Positions 11,004-19,733 of a stretch of 64,000 nt of DNA are shown here, one piece after another (positions within the stretch are counted from its first letter, which is position 1; every line of letters begins with the position of its first letter). A program made the translations under genes and the position numbers. The DNA is from an uncultured Clostridia bacterium (GTDB lineage Bacteria > Bacillota > Clostridia > Christensenellales > UBA1242). The stretch covers positions 7,054-71,053 of the forward strand of contig CALVTE010000001.1 in the NCBI GenBank assembly GCA_944360075.1, in the 5' to 3' direction. The notes beneath the pieces are model-generated. The model worked only from the letters and a program-made list of their open reading frames with translations. It had not been told where the DNA came from and ran no database searches.

Positions 11004-12137
11004 TTAGTCGTTTTTGTTTTTCTTTTCTTCCGATTTTTCTGTTTCTTGTTCAACTGCCGACAACTTTTTGTTTAGAGTTTTTATCCAAGATTGTATGTTT
11101 TTCTTATAGTTTTCGTCCAGTTGTTTTTTGAAATCCTTTTCTTTGGTTTTGATTGATTGGATTTCTTCTTTTGCCTGTCGCTTTTCTTTTTTGATGGCCT
11201 GAAGTTGAAGAGCTTGCTTTTCTTTAAGCTGCTTTTGCAACTGTTGTCTTTCTTTTTTGGCCTGTCGCTCTTTTTCTTTTATCGCCTTTATTTGCAAAGC
11301 ATTTTGCTCTCTGTTTTGCTTGTGGAGCGCTTGAATTTCTTGCCTTTTTTTCTCTTTTTCAGCCTTGATTTTTTTCTTCGTCTCTTTTTTGTCTTCAAAT
11401 TTTATCACTTGAGCCTTGCTGTCTTTGGTCATATTTAAAAAGTATGTTTCAAGCGGAACTGAACTTTCTGCCATAAATTTTTTCACGTCGATGATTTCCA
11501 TCAGCTGCCCACGATTCATGATGGCAACTCTGTCGCAAAGTTTTTCCACCATGTCGATGTTGTGAGAAGAAAAGAACACGCAGTTGCCCTGCTTTTTATG
11601 CTCTTTCATATACTCTCTGATTTCAAAAGTGCTTTGCGGGTCAAGCCCCATAAGCGGCTCGTCAAGCACCCAAAATTTTGGATTATGTATAAGAGCTGCA
11701 ATAATGCAGATTTTTTGTTTCATACCATGTGAATAAGAGCGAATTTGGTTGTCTATTGCATGGCTCATGCTGAACAAGTTTGCAAATTTTTCTATTCTTT
11801 CTTCGATGATGTCTTTTGGCACTTTGTAGATATTGCCCATATAGTTGACATATTCTCTGCCTGTCAAGTTTTCATAAACGGCATGGTTGTCTGGCACATA
11901 GCCGATGTTGAGTTTGGCCTCGATTGGATTTTTTTGAATGTCATAGCCGCAAACTTTGATTGAACCTTCATCAAAAGGCAAAATGCCGGTCAGACATTTG
12001 ATGGTGGTGCTTTTTCCTGCGCCGTTTTTGCCAAGAAAGCCAAAAATCTCCCCTTCCTCAAGAGTAAGGTTGAGATTTTTCACAGAATAGAAATTTGAAT
12101 TTTTATATCTTTTTGTGAGCCCTACAATTTCTAACAT
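11004..12137 (-). CDS. ABC transporter ATP-binding protein (ABC-2/DrrA-like) with a ~130-aa Lys/Glu/Gln-rich C-terminal extension.
   Basis: Walker A GKNGAGKST, signature YSHGMKQK, Walker B FWVLDEPLMGLD and H-loop SSHN. After about residue 245 the sequence becomes KE/Q-rich, with the internal repeat ALQIKAIKEKERQAKKE / ALQLQAIKKEKRQAKEE. Confidence 0.9.
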   Translation of the reverse strand: MLEIVGLTKRYKNSNFYSVKNLNLTLEEGEIFGFLGKNGAGKSTTIKCLTGILPFDEGSIKVCGYDIQKNPIEAKLNIGYVPDNHAVYENLTGREYVNYMGNIYKVPKDIIEERIEKFANLFSMSHAIDNQIRSYSHGMKQKICIIAALIHNPKFWVLDEPLMGLDPQSTFEIREYMKEHKKQGNCVFFSSHNIDMVEKLCDRVAIMNRGQLMEIIDVKKFMAESSVPLETYFLNMTKDSKAQVIKFEDKKETKKKIKAEKEKKRQEIQALHKQNREQNALQIKAIKEKERQAKKERQQLQKQLKEKQALQLQAIKKEKRQAKEEIQSIKTKEKDFKKQLDENYKKNIQSWIKTLNKKLSAVEQETEKSEEKKNKND

Positions 12138-12247
12138 AAATTCCCCTTGTTAAAACCGCAAAAATTTTAACACAAATTGCTCTAAAAGTCAATACATAAT
12201 TTTTATTATTATAATAAATACATATGTGATAGTTTTAAAAAAGCCTA

Positions 12248-12275
12248 TTGACGGCACGCCAAATTTGGGTATAAT
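12248..12275 (+). promoter_or_regulatory. Sigma-A-type promoter candidate for the 12294 gene.
   Basis: TTGACG (12248-12253), a 16-nt spacer, then TATAAT (12270-12275), 19 nt upstream of the ATG region. Confidence 0.5.
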
Positions 12276-12293
12276 AGAATTAAGGAACAACAT

Positions 12294-14042
12294 ATGAAGA
12301 AAAAATATAGAAACTTTCAGGTAAATTATGGCTATCAAAATCTTAAGGCTTACAAGGCTCTGCCCAGTGAGCATCGGCAGAATTTTTTGAAAGATTTGGA
12401 AAATTTTGCTCTGCACCCACTGATAAATTGTGACAACAGATGGATTTTGTTTTTTGACGATATGAACGAGAAAGACTTTTTTCAAACTCTTGCCAAACAA
12501 GATGTTGTGGGCGCTTTTTCATCTTGCCTTGCACAGCTTAACAGCAATCTTAAAACTGCAAAAGAAAGGCTGGAGACTTACAAAGCCTCAAAAAATGAAG
12601 CAAAAATCAGAAAATATGACAGAAAAATCGCAAATTTGCTGTCAGAAAAAGAAATTTTGCTTGCAGAGACTGAAAAATGCTTGCAGGGCAAACAAATCCA
12701 CATTGCCATTGACGCAAACAATATCTGTGAAAAATACATAAACAACCTCATCAGACTTTGCGACAAACTTTACCGCCAAGGCTATCATGAAATCAAAATT
12801 TTGGTAGCATCTTCTGACAAATCGGTTGACTCAAAAATTGAATATTACTACACTGGCAGACAGCTTGACCAACTGTCAAAACTTCAAGAAAAACTTGACT
12901 TTTACAACAAAAACAATGGCGAAAAGTGCCAACTGAGATTTTGCGAACTGTTGCAAGTGCCAAATTCTCGCCAAGAATATCAGTCACTTTGGACGCTGAA
13001 AAGTGTGAAAAAGGCAAACGAGTTTGTGGAAGAGATCAGAATCACGTCAGAAAACAAAAAACTTACGCCGCTTGAGGCTGCCCTGTTTGCCTATCTTAAA
13101 ATTGCTGGCAGTTTTTTCTACAAAGATGGCGGCCTGTATGACGAAGGCGAACAAACAATGATTGGTGCTTTCTCAGAAAAAGAAGTTGTCTCTTGTGCTG
13201 GTTTTTCTTCTTTATTCAAAATCGCCATCGACGTTTTGGGCAAAGATAATCTTTCTTCGCACTTTGTTGCAACCGAAAACTTTTTTAATGGGCATTGTTT
13301 CAACATTCTCAAAATCATCGACCCTGCCTATAAAATAAAGGGTTTTTATGCTGTGGACGCGCTCAAAGACGCAAAAGAAACAAAAAATTCCACTGCAACT
13401 GGCTTTTCTGGCTTTTTGTCTAGGTTTAATGATTCTCTTTACAGTCCAGACTCCTTTTGGTCGCTCATACTGCCAAATTCAAGAATAGACCAAATTTGTT
13501 ATTCTTTTTCCAGCAGCTTAAAAACTCATACTCACCAAGCCAGAAATCTTCCAAGCGGCAAGCTCAAAAGTTTTGTTGACCAAAAACTTTCTGAAAAAGA
13601 CGAGTTTGTCTCGCTTTATGATGACTCTTGCAATCCTGTGCATTATAAGAGCATTTTGTCTGCCTATCTGAACATGGCAAACAAAATCGGATTTGCTGTA
13701 GACTTTCAGCATTTGGCCGCAATGGTCACTCGCACCTGCATTGATTGTTTGTTGAGCGCCCCATGCAACAGCGTTTCGCCATGGCTTGAACTGCTGGACA
13801 TTGAAAAAATAAAAGAAGATTTTGAAACAAAAGAAAAAGACGATTTTTCACAAAGCGAAATTGATCAACATGTGAAGAAAAAAAATTTAGAGCCGCTATT
13901 TGAATTTTATTCGACAGACAATTTGTATGAAAAAATCTGCCAGGCAAAGGATAATGAAAAATATTTTTCAAAAAAATATTTTGAAACGCTTGAAAAGTTA
14001 AAACAGCTGACCACTCAACTTAACCATGAAATCCAAAGATGA
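12294..14042 (+). CDS. Hypothetical protein with an N-terminal coiled-coil region and a possible transglutaminase-like/papain-fold Cys-His-Asp core.
   Basis: 582-aa ORF, one of the few on the plus strand. The segment EKEVVSCAGFSSLFKIAIDVLG...NGHCFNILKIIDPAYKIKGFYAVDA has the spacing C...H...D seen in transglutaminase-like cysteine protease cores. The assignment is by eye only. Confidence 0.6.
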   Translation: MKKKYRNFQVNYGYQNLKAYKALPSEHRQNFLKDLENFALHPLINCDNRWILFFDDMNEKDFFQTLAKQDVVGAFSSCLAQLNSNLKTAKERLETYKASKNEAKIRKYDRKIANLLSEKEILLAETEKCLQGKQIHIAIDANNICEKYINNLIRLCDKLYRQGYHEIKILVASSDKSVDSKIEYYYTGRQLDQLSKLQEKLDFYNKNNGEKCQLRFCELLQVPNSRQEYQSLWTLKSVKKANEFVEEIRITSENKKLTPLEAALFAYLKIAGSFFYKDGGLYDEGEQTMIGAFSEKEVVSCAGFSSLFKIAIDVLGKDNLSSHFVATENFFNGHCFNILKIIDPAYKIKGFYAVDALKDAKETKNSTATGFSGFLSRFNDSLYSPDSFWSLILPNSRIDQICYSFSSSLKTHTHQARNLPSGKLKSFVDQKLSEKDEFVSLYDDSCNPVHYKSILSAYLNMANKIGFAVDFQHLAAMVTRTCIDCLLSAPCNSVSPWLELLDIEKIKEDFETKEKDDFSQSEIDQHVKKKNLEPLFEFYSTDNLYEKICQAKDNEKYFSKKYFETLEKLKQLTTQLNHEIQR

Positions 14043-14068
14043 TAAGCAAAAAAGGCTTATCATTTTTT
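14041..14068. terminator. Bidirectional hairpin shared by the convergent 12294 gene and murC.
   Basis: GATAAGC (14041-14047), loop AAAAAAG, GCTTATC (14055-14061), followed by ATTTTTT. It overlaps both stop codons. Confidence 0.55.
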
Positions 14069-15412
14069 AAATCGATAGGCAAGAAGAGAGACATCGCCAG
14101 CCCCCATAATCAGAAAAACAACGTCTTTTTGTGCAATTTTGTTTATAAAAGCATGGCATTTTTCGAAATTTGAAAAATATCTGACAGTTTTGTTATATTT
14201 TGAAACACCTTTGGCCAAAAATTTTGATGTGATTTTTGGGATAGGTTTTTCACGAGCAGAATAAATTGGCAAAAGCCATACTTCATCGCAGCAGGCAAAA
14301 CAGCGGCAAAATTCATAATACAAATCACGAGTGCGAGAAAAGGTGTGAGGCTGAAAAACACAAATCAACCTGCCCTGAAAGTTTTGTTTGACTGCCTTTA
14401 TTGTTGCAATAATCTCGTCTGGATGATGAGCGTAGTCATGCAAAACAACTCCGCCTTTAACCTTTCCGATATACTCCAGCCTTCGCTCCACCCCAGCAAA
14501 TTGCCAAAGCGATTGTTTGATCAGGTCAAGGCCTATGCCACAAGCAATGCCCACCGCTATGGCTGCAAGAGCATTGTAAACATTGTGCAGCCCAATCATA
14601 TTCAACTTGAAAAGCCCAAAATTTAAGTCTAAGTAAAACAGCTCAAAACAAATCACTCCATTTTTGCTGCAAACATTTCTTGCCTGCACATCCGCTTTGC
14701 TTTTGAGTGCATAAGACAAAACATTTCGACTTTTCAGCCTTCGCGAAAAAGGGTCGTCATAGTTTACCACCAAAACCCCACTTTTTTTGGTGTTTTTTGC
14801 AAATTTTTCAAAGGATTTATAATAATTTTCTTTGGTTTTAAAATAATCTAGGTGGTCGGGGTCTTCATTTAAAACAACCCCCACATCGCTTTCAAGGCTC
14901 AAAAAACTGTCTTTATACTCACACGCCTCAGTGATAAAAAATTTGCCTTTGCCGCACCTGACATTGCTGCCAAAATTTTTCATGATGCCGCCAACGTGAA
15001 TGACTGGGTCCTTTTTTGCCAAAAAAAACATATAGCCGATCATGGAAGAGGCTGTGGTTTTGCCATGGCTGCCAGCGATTGAAATCGTAAAATATTTTTT
15101 TGTAAGTTCTCCAAGAAGCTCTGACCTTGAAAGAATGATTTTGCCTTGCTTTATGGCGTGTTCAAGCTGCACGTCATTTTTTGCCAAAGCACTTGTGTAG
15201 ACAACAATATCGGCTTGGTCTATCAAATTTGTGTCCAGTTGGTTGACCACCTTGATGCCTTTTGCCTGCAAAGACTGTGTGATGGGCGATATGGCGCTGT
15301 CATACCCCGTCACTTTTTTGCCCTGTTTCAGCAAAATGACTGCCAGCGCCGAAAGGCTTATGCCACCAATGCCCAAAATATGTATTTGCTTTGCCTCGTC
15401 AATAAAATTCAT
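14060..15412 (-). CDS. murC: UDP-N-acetylmuramate--L-alanine ligase.
   Basis: MNFIDEAKQIHILGIGGISLSALAVILLKQGKKVTGYDS is a Mur ligase N-terminus, and ISIAGSHGKTTASSM is the P-loop. The track ORF (541 aa) carries a 91-codon non-homologous extension. I place the start at the internal ATG at 15412, giving 450 aa. Confidence 0.9.
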   Translation of the reverse strand: MNFIDEAKQIHILGIGGISLSALAVILLKQGKKVTGYDSAISPITQSLQAKGIKVVNQLDTNLIDQADIVVYTSALAKNDVQLEHAIKQGKIILSRSELLGELTKKYFTISIAGSHGKTTASSMIGYMFFLAKKDPVIHVGGIMKNFGSNVRCGKGKFFITEACEYKDSFLSLESDVGVVLNEDPDHLDYFKTKENYYKSFEKFAKNTKKSGVLVVNYDDPFSRRLKSRNVLSYALKSKADVQARNVCSKNGVICFELFYLDLNFGLFKLNMIGLHNVYNALAAIAVGIACGIGLDLIKQSLWQFAGVERRLEYIGKVKGGVVLHDYAHHPDEIIATIKAVKQNFQGRLICVFQPHTFSRTRDLYYEFCRCFACCDEVWLLPIYSAREKPIPKITSKFLAKGVSKYNKTVRYFSNFEKCHAFINKIAQKDVVFLIMGAGDVSLLAYRFKK

Positions 15413-15499
15413 ATAAACACTATATGAGTTGACATAGCAAAAAAGTGCTTTGGCAAAAAGTAATTTAACAATAAGGGTGCAACTTTCATATATTTGACT

Positions 15500-16363
15500 A
15501 TGATGAAAAAAGAAGCTTGGCTCGCCCCTTTGACAAGTGTTGGCATTGGCGGGGCCTGCCTTGGAATATTTTTGCCGAAAACAAATGAAGAGCTTGTTGA
15601 TATTGTTGAAAAACTGCAGCAGCAAAATCTTCCATATAAAGTGATTGGAAATGGCACGAATTTGCTTTTTAGTGACGATTTTCATCCTTTTTTTGTGATT
15701 TCAACAAGAAAAATCGCAAAAAAAATGTCAAAAAAAGATAATTTTGTCAAATTATCCTCATCTACCACGTTGTTTGAAGCCTATCAATTTTGTATGAAAA
15801 ATGGTCTGAGCGGCTTTGAAAAACTTTGCTCTATACCCGGCAATATTGGCGGAGCGATTGCAAGCGGAGCAAGTTGTTATGGCTGCAGCATTTTTGATTA
15901 TCTTGAAAAATTAACTATTTTTCAGCGCGGAAAAATCGTTGAAATAGGCAAAAATAAAATTGATTGTGGCTATCATCACTCGGAATTTTTGAAAAACAAT
16001 TTTCTCAGCCCCACAGTCATTTTGTCGGCAAAGTTTAAGCTGCAAAAAGATCAGCCTTGCAAAATTCAAAAAACTTATTTAAACATTTGCTCAAAAAGAA
16101 GACTATCTCAGCCTGCAGGCAAAAGTTATGGCTGCACTTTTAAAAATCCAGAAGGCCAAAGTGCTGGATTTTTGCTTGAAAAAAGTGGCTTAAAAGGTCA
16201 AAGCTGTGGCGGAGCGAAAATTTCTGAAAAACACGCGAATTTTATAATCAACTCTGATAGTGCAAGGTTTGAAGATTTTGAATATCTTATAAACCTTGCA
16301 AGAAAAAAAGTCGAAGAAAATTTTGGAATAACTCTTGAAAACGATGTGGAAATAATAAAATAA
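15500..16363 (+). CDS. murB: UDP-N-acetylenolpyruvoylglucosamine reductase.
   Basis: The N-terminal FAD-binding-type segment is LAPLTSVGIGGACLGIFLPKTNEELVDIVEKLQQQNLPYKVIGNGTNLLFSDD. The C-terminal segment is GCTFKNPEGQSAGFLLEKSGLKGQSCGGAKISEKHANFIIN. The gene is divergent from murC. The start is taken at the first ATG (15500) rather than the TTG at 15494. Confidence 0.9.
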   Translation: MMKKEAWLAPLTSVGIGGACLGIFLPKTNEELVDIVEKLQQQNLPYKVIGNGTNLLFSDDFHPFFVISTRKIAKKMSKKDNFVKLSSSTTLFEAYQFCMKNGLSGFEKLCSIPGNIGGAIASGASCYGCSIFDYLEKLTIFQRGKIVEIGKNKIDCGYHHSEFLKNNFLSPTVILSAKFKLQKDQPCKIQKTYLNICSKRRLSQPAGKSYGCTFKNPEGQSAGFLLEKSGLKGQSCGGAKISEKHANFIINSDSARFEDFEYLINLARKKVEENFGITLENDVEIIK

Positions 16364-16382
16364 AATCGCAAAAAATGCGATT

Positions 16383-17219
16383 TTAATAGCCAAATTGTTT
16401 CAAATTGTTTTCCTTATTGCGCCAGTCATCAACAACCTTTACAAAAATTTTTAGCAGAACTTTTTTGCCAAGCAGTTCTTCGGCAAAGCTGCGAGAGTTT
16501 TGCCCAATCTGTTTGATTGTTTTGCCGCCTTTGCCAATCACGATTGCCTTATGCCTTTCCTTTTCCACCACCACCATTGCTTCAATAACCACAAGCTCTG
16601 GTTTTTCTTCAAATCGTTCAATCACAACTGCCATGCCATGCGGAATTTCATCTGAAAGAAGATTTAAAGCGTTTTGCCTGATTTCTTCACCAATGATAAA
16701 CCTGACACTTTTGTCGGTATAGTAATCTTGGTCAAAAACAAAATTTTTGACTTTGCTCTTCGGCATTTGGTCAATAATGTAGGTTTTCAGCTGATCAAGC
16801 CCCTGCCCTGAAAGAACAGAAACTTCAAAATCTGCCTTGAAAGACTGAAGATTTTTTTTGTCAACTTTTGTTTTTATAAGCACTTTTGGCTGCGGAAGGT
16901 TTTGATAATACCTCATCTCTTCTTCGTCGAGCGCTTTGCTTCCGTCGGCAAGGTATAAAATCAAATCAACGCCAGAGATTGCACTGCGCACATTTTTCAT
17001 CATTGTTTTGTCCAGCTTGTTTTTGCTGCGGTGCACGCCCGGAGTGTCCACCAAAACAACTTGATAATTCTCGCCGTTGACAATTCCCAAAATATTATCC
17101 CTCGTCGTCTGCGGCCGGTTGGTGACGATGGCAACTTTTTGCCCCACCAAAGCATTGACCAAACTGCTTTTTCCTGCATTTGCACGCCCGATGAGCGCAA
17201 CATACCCAAAACTATACAT
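16383..17219 (-). CDS. era: GTPase Era.
   Basis: G1 GRANAGKSS, G3 DTPG, G4 TKVD and a C-terminal KH-like segment VVEKERHKAIVIGKGGKTIKQIG. It overlaps ybeY by 8 nt. Confidence 0.92.
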   Translation of the reverse strand: MYSFGYVALIGRANAGKSSLVNALVGQKVAIVTNRPQTTRDNILGIVNGENYQVVLVDTPGVHRSKNKLDKTMMKNVRSAISGVDLILYLADGSKALDEEEMRYYQNLPQPKVLIKTKVDKKNLQSFKADFEVSVLSGQGLDQLKTYIIDQMPKSKVKNFVFDQDYYTDKSVRFIIGEEIRQNALNLLSDEIPHGMAVVIERFEEKPELVVIEAMVVVEKERHKAIVIGKGGKTIKQIGQNSRSFAEELLGKKVLLKIFVKVVDDWRNKENNLKQFGY

Positions 17220-17694
17220 TTTCGCCTCGTTTTATGTTTAAACTAGCAAGAATTTTCTCGCAAGTTTCGTTCATGATTTTTTCGTCATCCTTTTCAATAT
17301 GGTCATATCCCAGAAGATGCAAAAGACCGTGAAGAGCCAAAAAAGCAATTTCTCTTTTATAGCTATGCCCATACTGCTTTGCTTGAGCCTTTGCTTTTTG
17401 TTTACAAATCACAATATCGCCAAGCCTAAGTAGTCCGTCTGGCGAGGTTTCAGCGGCAAAATCTTGAAGTTTTTGCGGATATTTTATCTCGAGTTGCGGG
17501 AAAGACAGCACGTCAGTGATTTTATCAACCGACCTGTAAGTTTGATTTAACTTTTTTATTTGCTCTTCGCTGACAAAGGTCACTTCAACTTCGCTTTCAA
17601 TTTCAAAATTGTCGGTGGCAATCAGCGCAACTGCGAAAAGTTTTTTTATCAGCCTTTTGCAAAAAATGTTTGCTTTATGGAAAGATATAACCAT
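17212..17694 (-). CDS. ybeY: rRNA maturation endoribonuclease YbeY.
   Basis: Zinc-binding motif HGLLHLLGYDH. AGGAGAAGG lies upstream of the ATG at 17694. Confidence 0.92.
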   Translation of the reverse strand: MVISFHKANIFCKRLIKKLFAVALIATDNFEIESEVEVTFVSEEQIKKLNQTYRSVDKITDVLSFPQLEIKYPQKLQDFAAETSPDGLLRLGDIVICKQKAKAQAKQYGHSYKREIAFLALHGLLHLLGYDHIEKDDEKIMNETCEKILASLNIKRGENV

Positions 17695-18820
17695 AACCTT
17701 CTCCTATGTCTTTTTCTATCGTCAAAGTCAGAAAGATGTAAAAGATTCCCCCTCCTTGTTTGACCGATATTCTCTCACCTTTTATTATCTCATTTTCAGC
17801 AACATAAATCAAGGCTTTTTGACGAAGTTTTTCAAAAATTTCATCTTTTTCTTGTTCAAAATTTCGTGTTATCTCCACCATCTTTGTTTCGTAAAAGGTG
17901 ATTTTGTTGTAAACAAACGGCAAAAGATTGTTTTTTGTAAGATATATGCTGGTTTTTTCGCTTTCAAAGTTTTCAAAAATATTGTCGCTAAGGTTTGAGT
18001 ATATTTCCAGCCCAAAAAGAGTGATGGTGGAACAAGTGATTTTTCTGCCAGTTTTTTCTTCCTTGATTTGATATTCATAAAAAACTTCATTCTCGCTCAG
18101 CCAAACATCCGCTTTGATTTCCGCCTTGGGCGCAACAGGCAATATGTTTCCCTCGCCATCCGTCACATAGGGATAGACAAGCACTTGCCCTTTTTGCACA
18201 ATGTCGCCCACTTTGACGTTGAGAGTGCCTTGCACCAGATTGATTTGCGTGATTTTTCCGTCATATTGGCTCACGATTGGCTGAAAATCCCCCTCCATTT
18301 CCTCTGGCAAAACCGCTTCATTGATATTGACAATCAAACTTTGCCCCACGATTGCAACGCTGACCGAACTTATCTTTTCAAAATTGTCTTTGAGCTCAAT
18401 TTCCAGTTTTTGAGTGTTGATGTTGGATTTAAAATTGCTGGGCGTATGCTCTTTTACAAAATTGACAATCTCTTGCTTTTCAATATCTTTGCAGCCCCAA
18501 ACATCAATCCTAAAAACAAAAGCTTGCTGCACAAAAAACATGGCCAAGCCCAAAACCAGCCCGGCAATCACGCCCCACATTTTGAAAAAATTTTTAAGCC
18601 TTTTTCGCAACCCAAAATGTTTGATTTGCTCTATTTTAACATTGTTTTCCCTCAAAAATTTTTCAAGTTTGTCGGCCTGACGCTCTTCAACCTCAAATTT
18701 TGTGAATTGCTCTTCTTGTTTTATGTCAAACAGTTCAAATTGCTTGCAAATTTTGTTGAAAAGTTTTTCTTTGTTTAAAGTTTTGATTTTAAAATGAGAG
18801 CGATTATACTTTTTCATCAA
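17675..18820 (-). CDS. yqfD: Sporulation protein YqfD.
   Basis: 381 aa with one central TM segment (WGVIAGLVLGLAMFFVQQAF). Its position directly after yqfC and before ybeY-era matches the conserved Firmicutes yqfC-yqfD...ybeY...era arrangement. Confidence 0.75.
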   Translation of the reverse strand: MMKKYNRSHFKIKTLNKEKLFNKICKQFELFDIKQEEQFTKFEVEERQADKLEKFLRENNVKIEQIKHFGLRKRLKNFFKMWGVIAGLVLGLAMFFVQQAFVFRIDVWGCKDIEKQEIVNFVKEHTPSNFKSNINTQKLEIELKDNFEKISSVSVAIVGQSLIVNINEAVLPEEMEGDFQPIVSQYDGKITQINLVQGTLNVKVGDIVQKGQVLVYPYVTDGEGNILPVAPKAEIKADVWLSENEVFYEYQIKEEKTGRKITCSTITLFGLEIYSNLSDNIFENFESEKTSIYLTKNNLLPFVYNKITFYETKMVEITRNFEQEKDEIFEKLRQKALIYVAENEIIKGERISVKQGGGIFYIFLTLTIEKDIGEGYGYIFP

Positions 18821-19080
18821 AACTCTTCCACCCTTTTTATCTGTCCCTCTATTTTCAAGGTGTTGCTGCTGAGTTCGCTTAAAAACAAATTTTCCCCTTC
18901 CACTTCAACTCTGCCTTTTTTGATTTTGAAAGAAATAACAGTTGGCGAAAGCACAGTCAACCCCAAATGGCCTTCCACATACAAAATTGTGCCGGAAAGA
19001 TTGACCATGTTGTAAGAAGATAAAAGATTTTTATCAACACGCCTTAATTGCCCTTTGATTTCCTCAAAAAAATTGAACAT
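18817..19080 (-). CDS. yqfC: Sporulation protein YqfC.
   Basis: The 87-aa product is MFNFFEEIKGQLRRVDKNLLSSYNMVNLSGTILYVEGHLGLTVLSPTVISFKIKKGRVEVEGENL. GGGAGAT lies upstream of the ATG at 19080, and the track start at 19146 lacks an RBS. It overlaps yqfD by 4 nt. Confidence 0.75.
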   Translation of the reverse strand: MFNFFEEIKGQLRRVDKNLLSSYNMVNLSGTILYVEGHLGLTVLSPTVISFKIKKGRVEVEGENLFLSELSSNTLKIEGQIKRVEEF

Positions 19081-19172
19081 ATATCTCCCATTTTTACTTA
19101 AATATATGTTTTTTTTCTGCAGAATATTAAACATTGACAAAGGCAAACAAAAAGATGCACCTTAAGTGCATC

Positions 19173-19733
19173 TTAGTCATCAAATTTATTGAAAATATTG
19201 CCCAGAACCAAGGCTTTAACTTTTGGCGGAAGATTGTTGATTTGCTTTAAAAGATTTTTGTTGACAGCCGCCCGAGAATAAGAGTATTCATTCAAAAAGT
19301 CGTCAAAATCGTCGTCATGGCGTTTTTTTGTTGCAAAAGTTTTTTTCTCTTCTTCAAACGGATTATATCTTTCGCCAAGTTCTTCTTTTGATGAAATTTC
19401 TTCAACCCTTTCTTCAACATTTTCTCTGACTTCTTCTGTGTCTTCCAAACAGTCAATGCTGACAGAATTTGTGACTTTTTGTTGAAGTTTTTGAGTTTTT
19501 GTGGCAACTTTTTGCTGTTTTTTTTCTTTTTTAAGCTGTTTTTTGTTTTTAACAGCGGCTTTGCTTTGCCCTTCGACATAAGTGCCTTCGTTCATTCTTT
19601 TATATTTGTTGATTTCTTCTTCCAGTTTGCTGCTCGAATTTTTTTTGGAAATTTTTTTATAGGCAAACAGTAAAATCAAGATTAGCAAACCGCAAACAGA
19701 ACAAACAACAATAAGTGCAGTCATGTTTCCCAT
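19173..19733 (-). CDS. Hypothetical N-terminally anchored protein with a Lys/Glu-rich linker.
   Basis: 186 aa. The TM segment is ALIVVCSVCGLLILILLFAY, followed by a highly charged low-complexity region. The start abuts the floA stop. Confidence 0.6.
   Translation of the reverse strand: MGNMTALIVVCSVCGLLILILLFAYKKISKKNSSSKLEEEINKYKRMNEGTYVEGQSKAAVKNKKQLKKEKKQQKVATKTQKLQQKVTNSVSIDCLEDTEEVRENVEERVEEISSKEELGERYNPFEEEKKTFATKKRHDDDFDDFLNEYSYSRAAVNKNLLKQINNLPPKVKALVLGNIFNKFDD

Noticed and set aside
11157-11438. A 93-aa plus-strand ORF rich in Phe and Leu.
   Set aside because: It is the antisense reading of the Lys/Glu-rich tail of the ABC ATPase (AAA/GAA codons read as TTT/TTC).
15413-15685. A 91-codon N-terminal extension of murC in the ORF track (541 aa).
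   Set aside because: The extension has no Mur-ligase homology and overlaps the murB promoter/start region. Homology begins exactly at the internal ATG at 15412 (MNFIDEAKQIHILGIGG).
18068-18778. A 236-aa plus-strand ORF.
   Set aside because: It is entirely antisense to yqfD, which sits in a conserved yqfC-yqfD-ybeY-era context. It is Phe/Leu/Lys-rich, typical of a shadow frame in AT-rich DNA.
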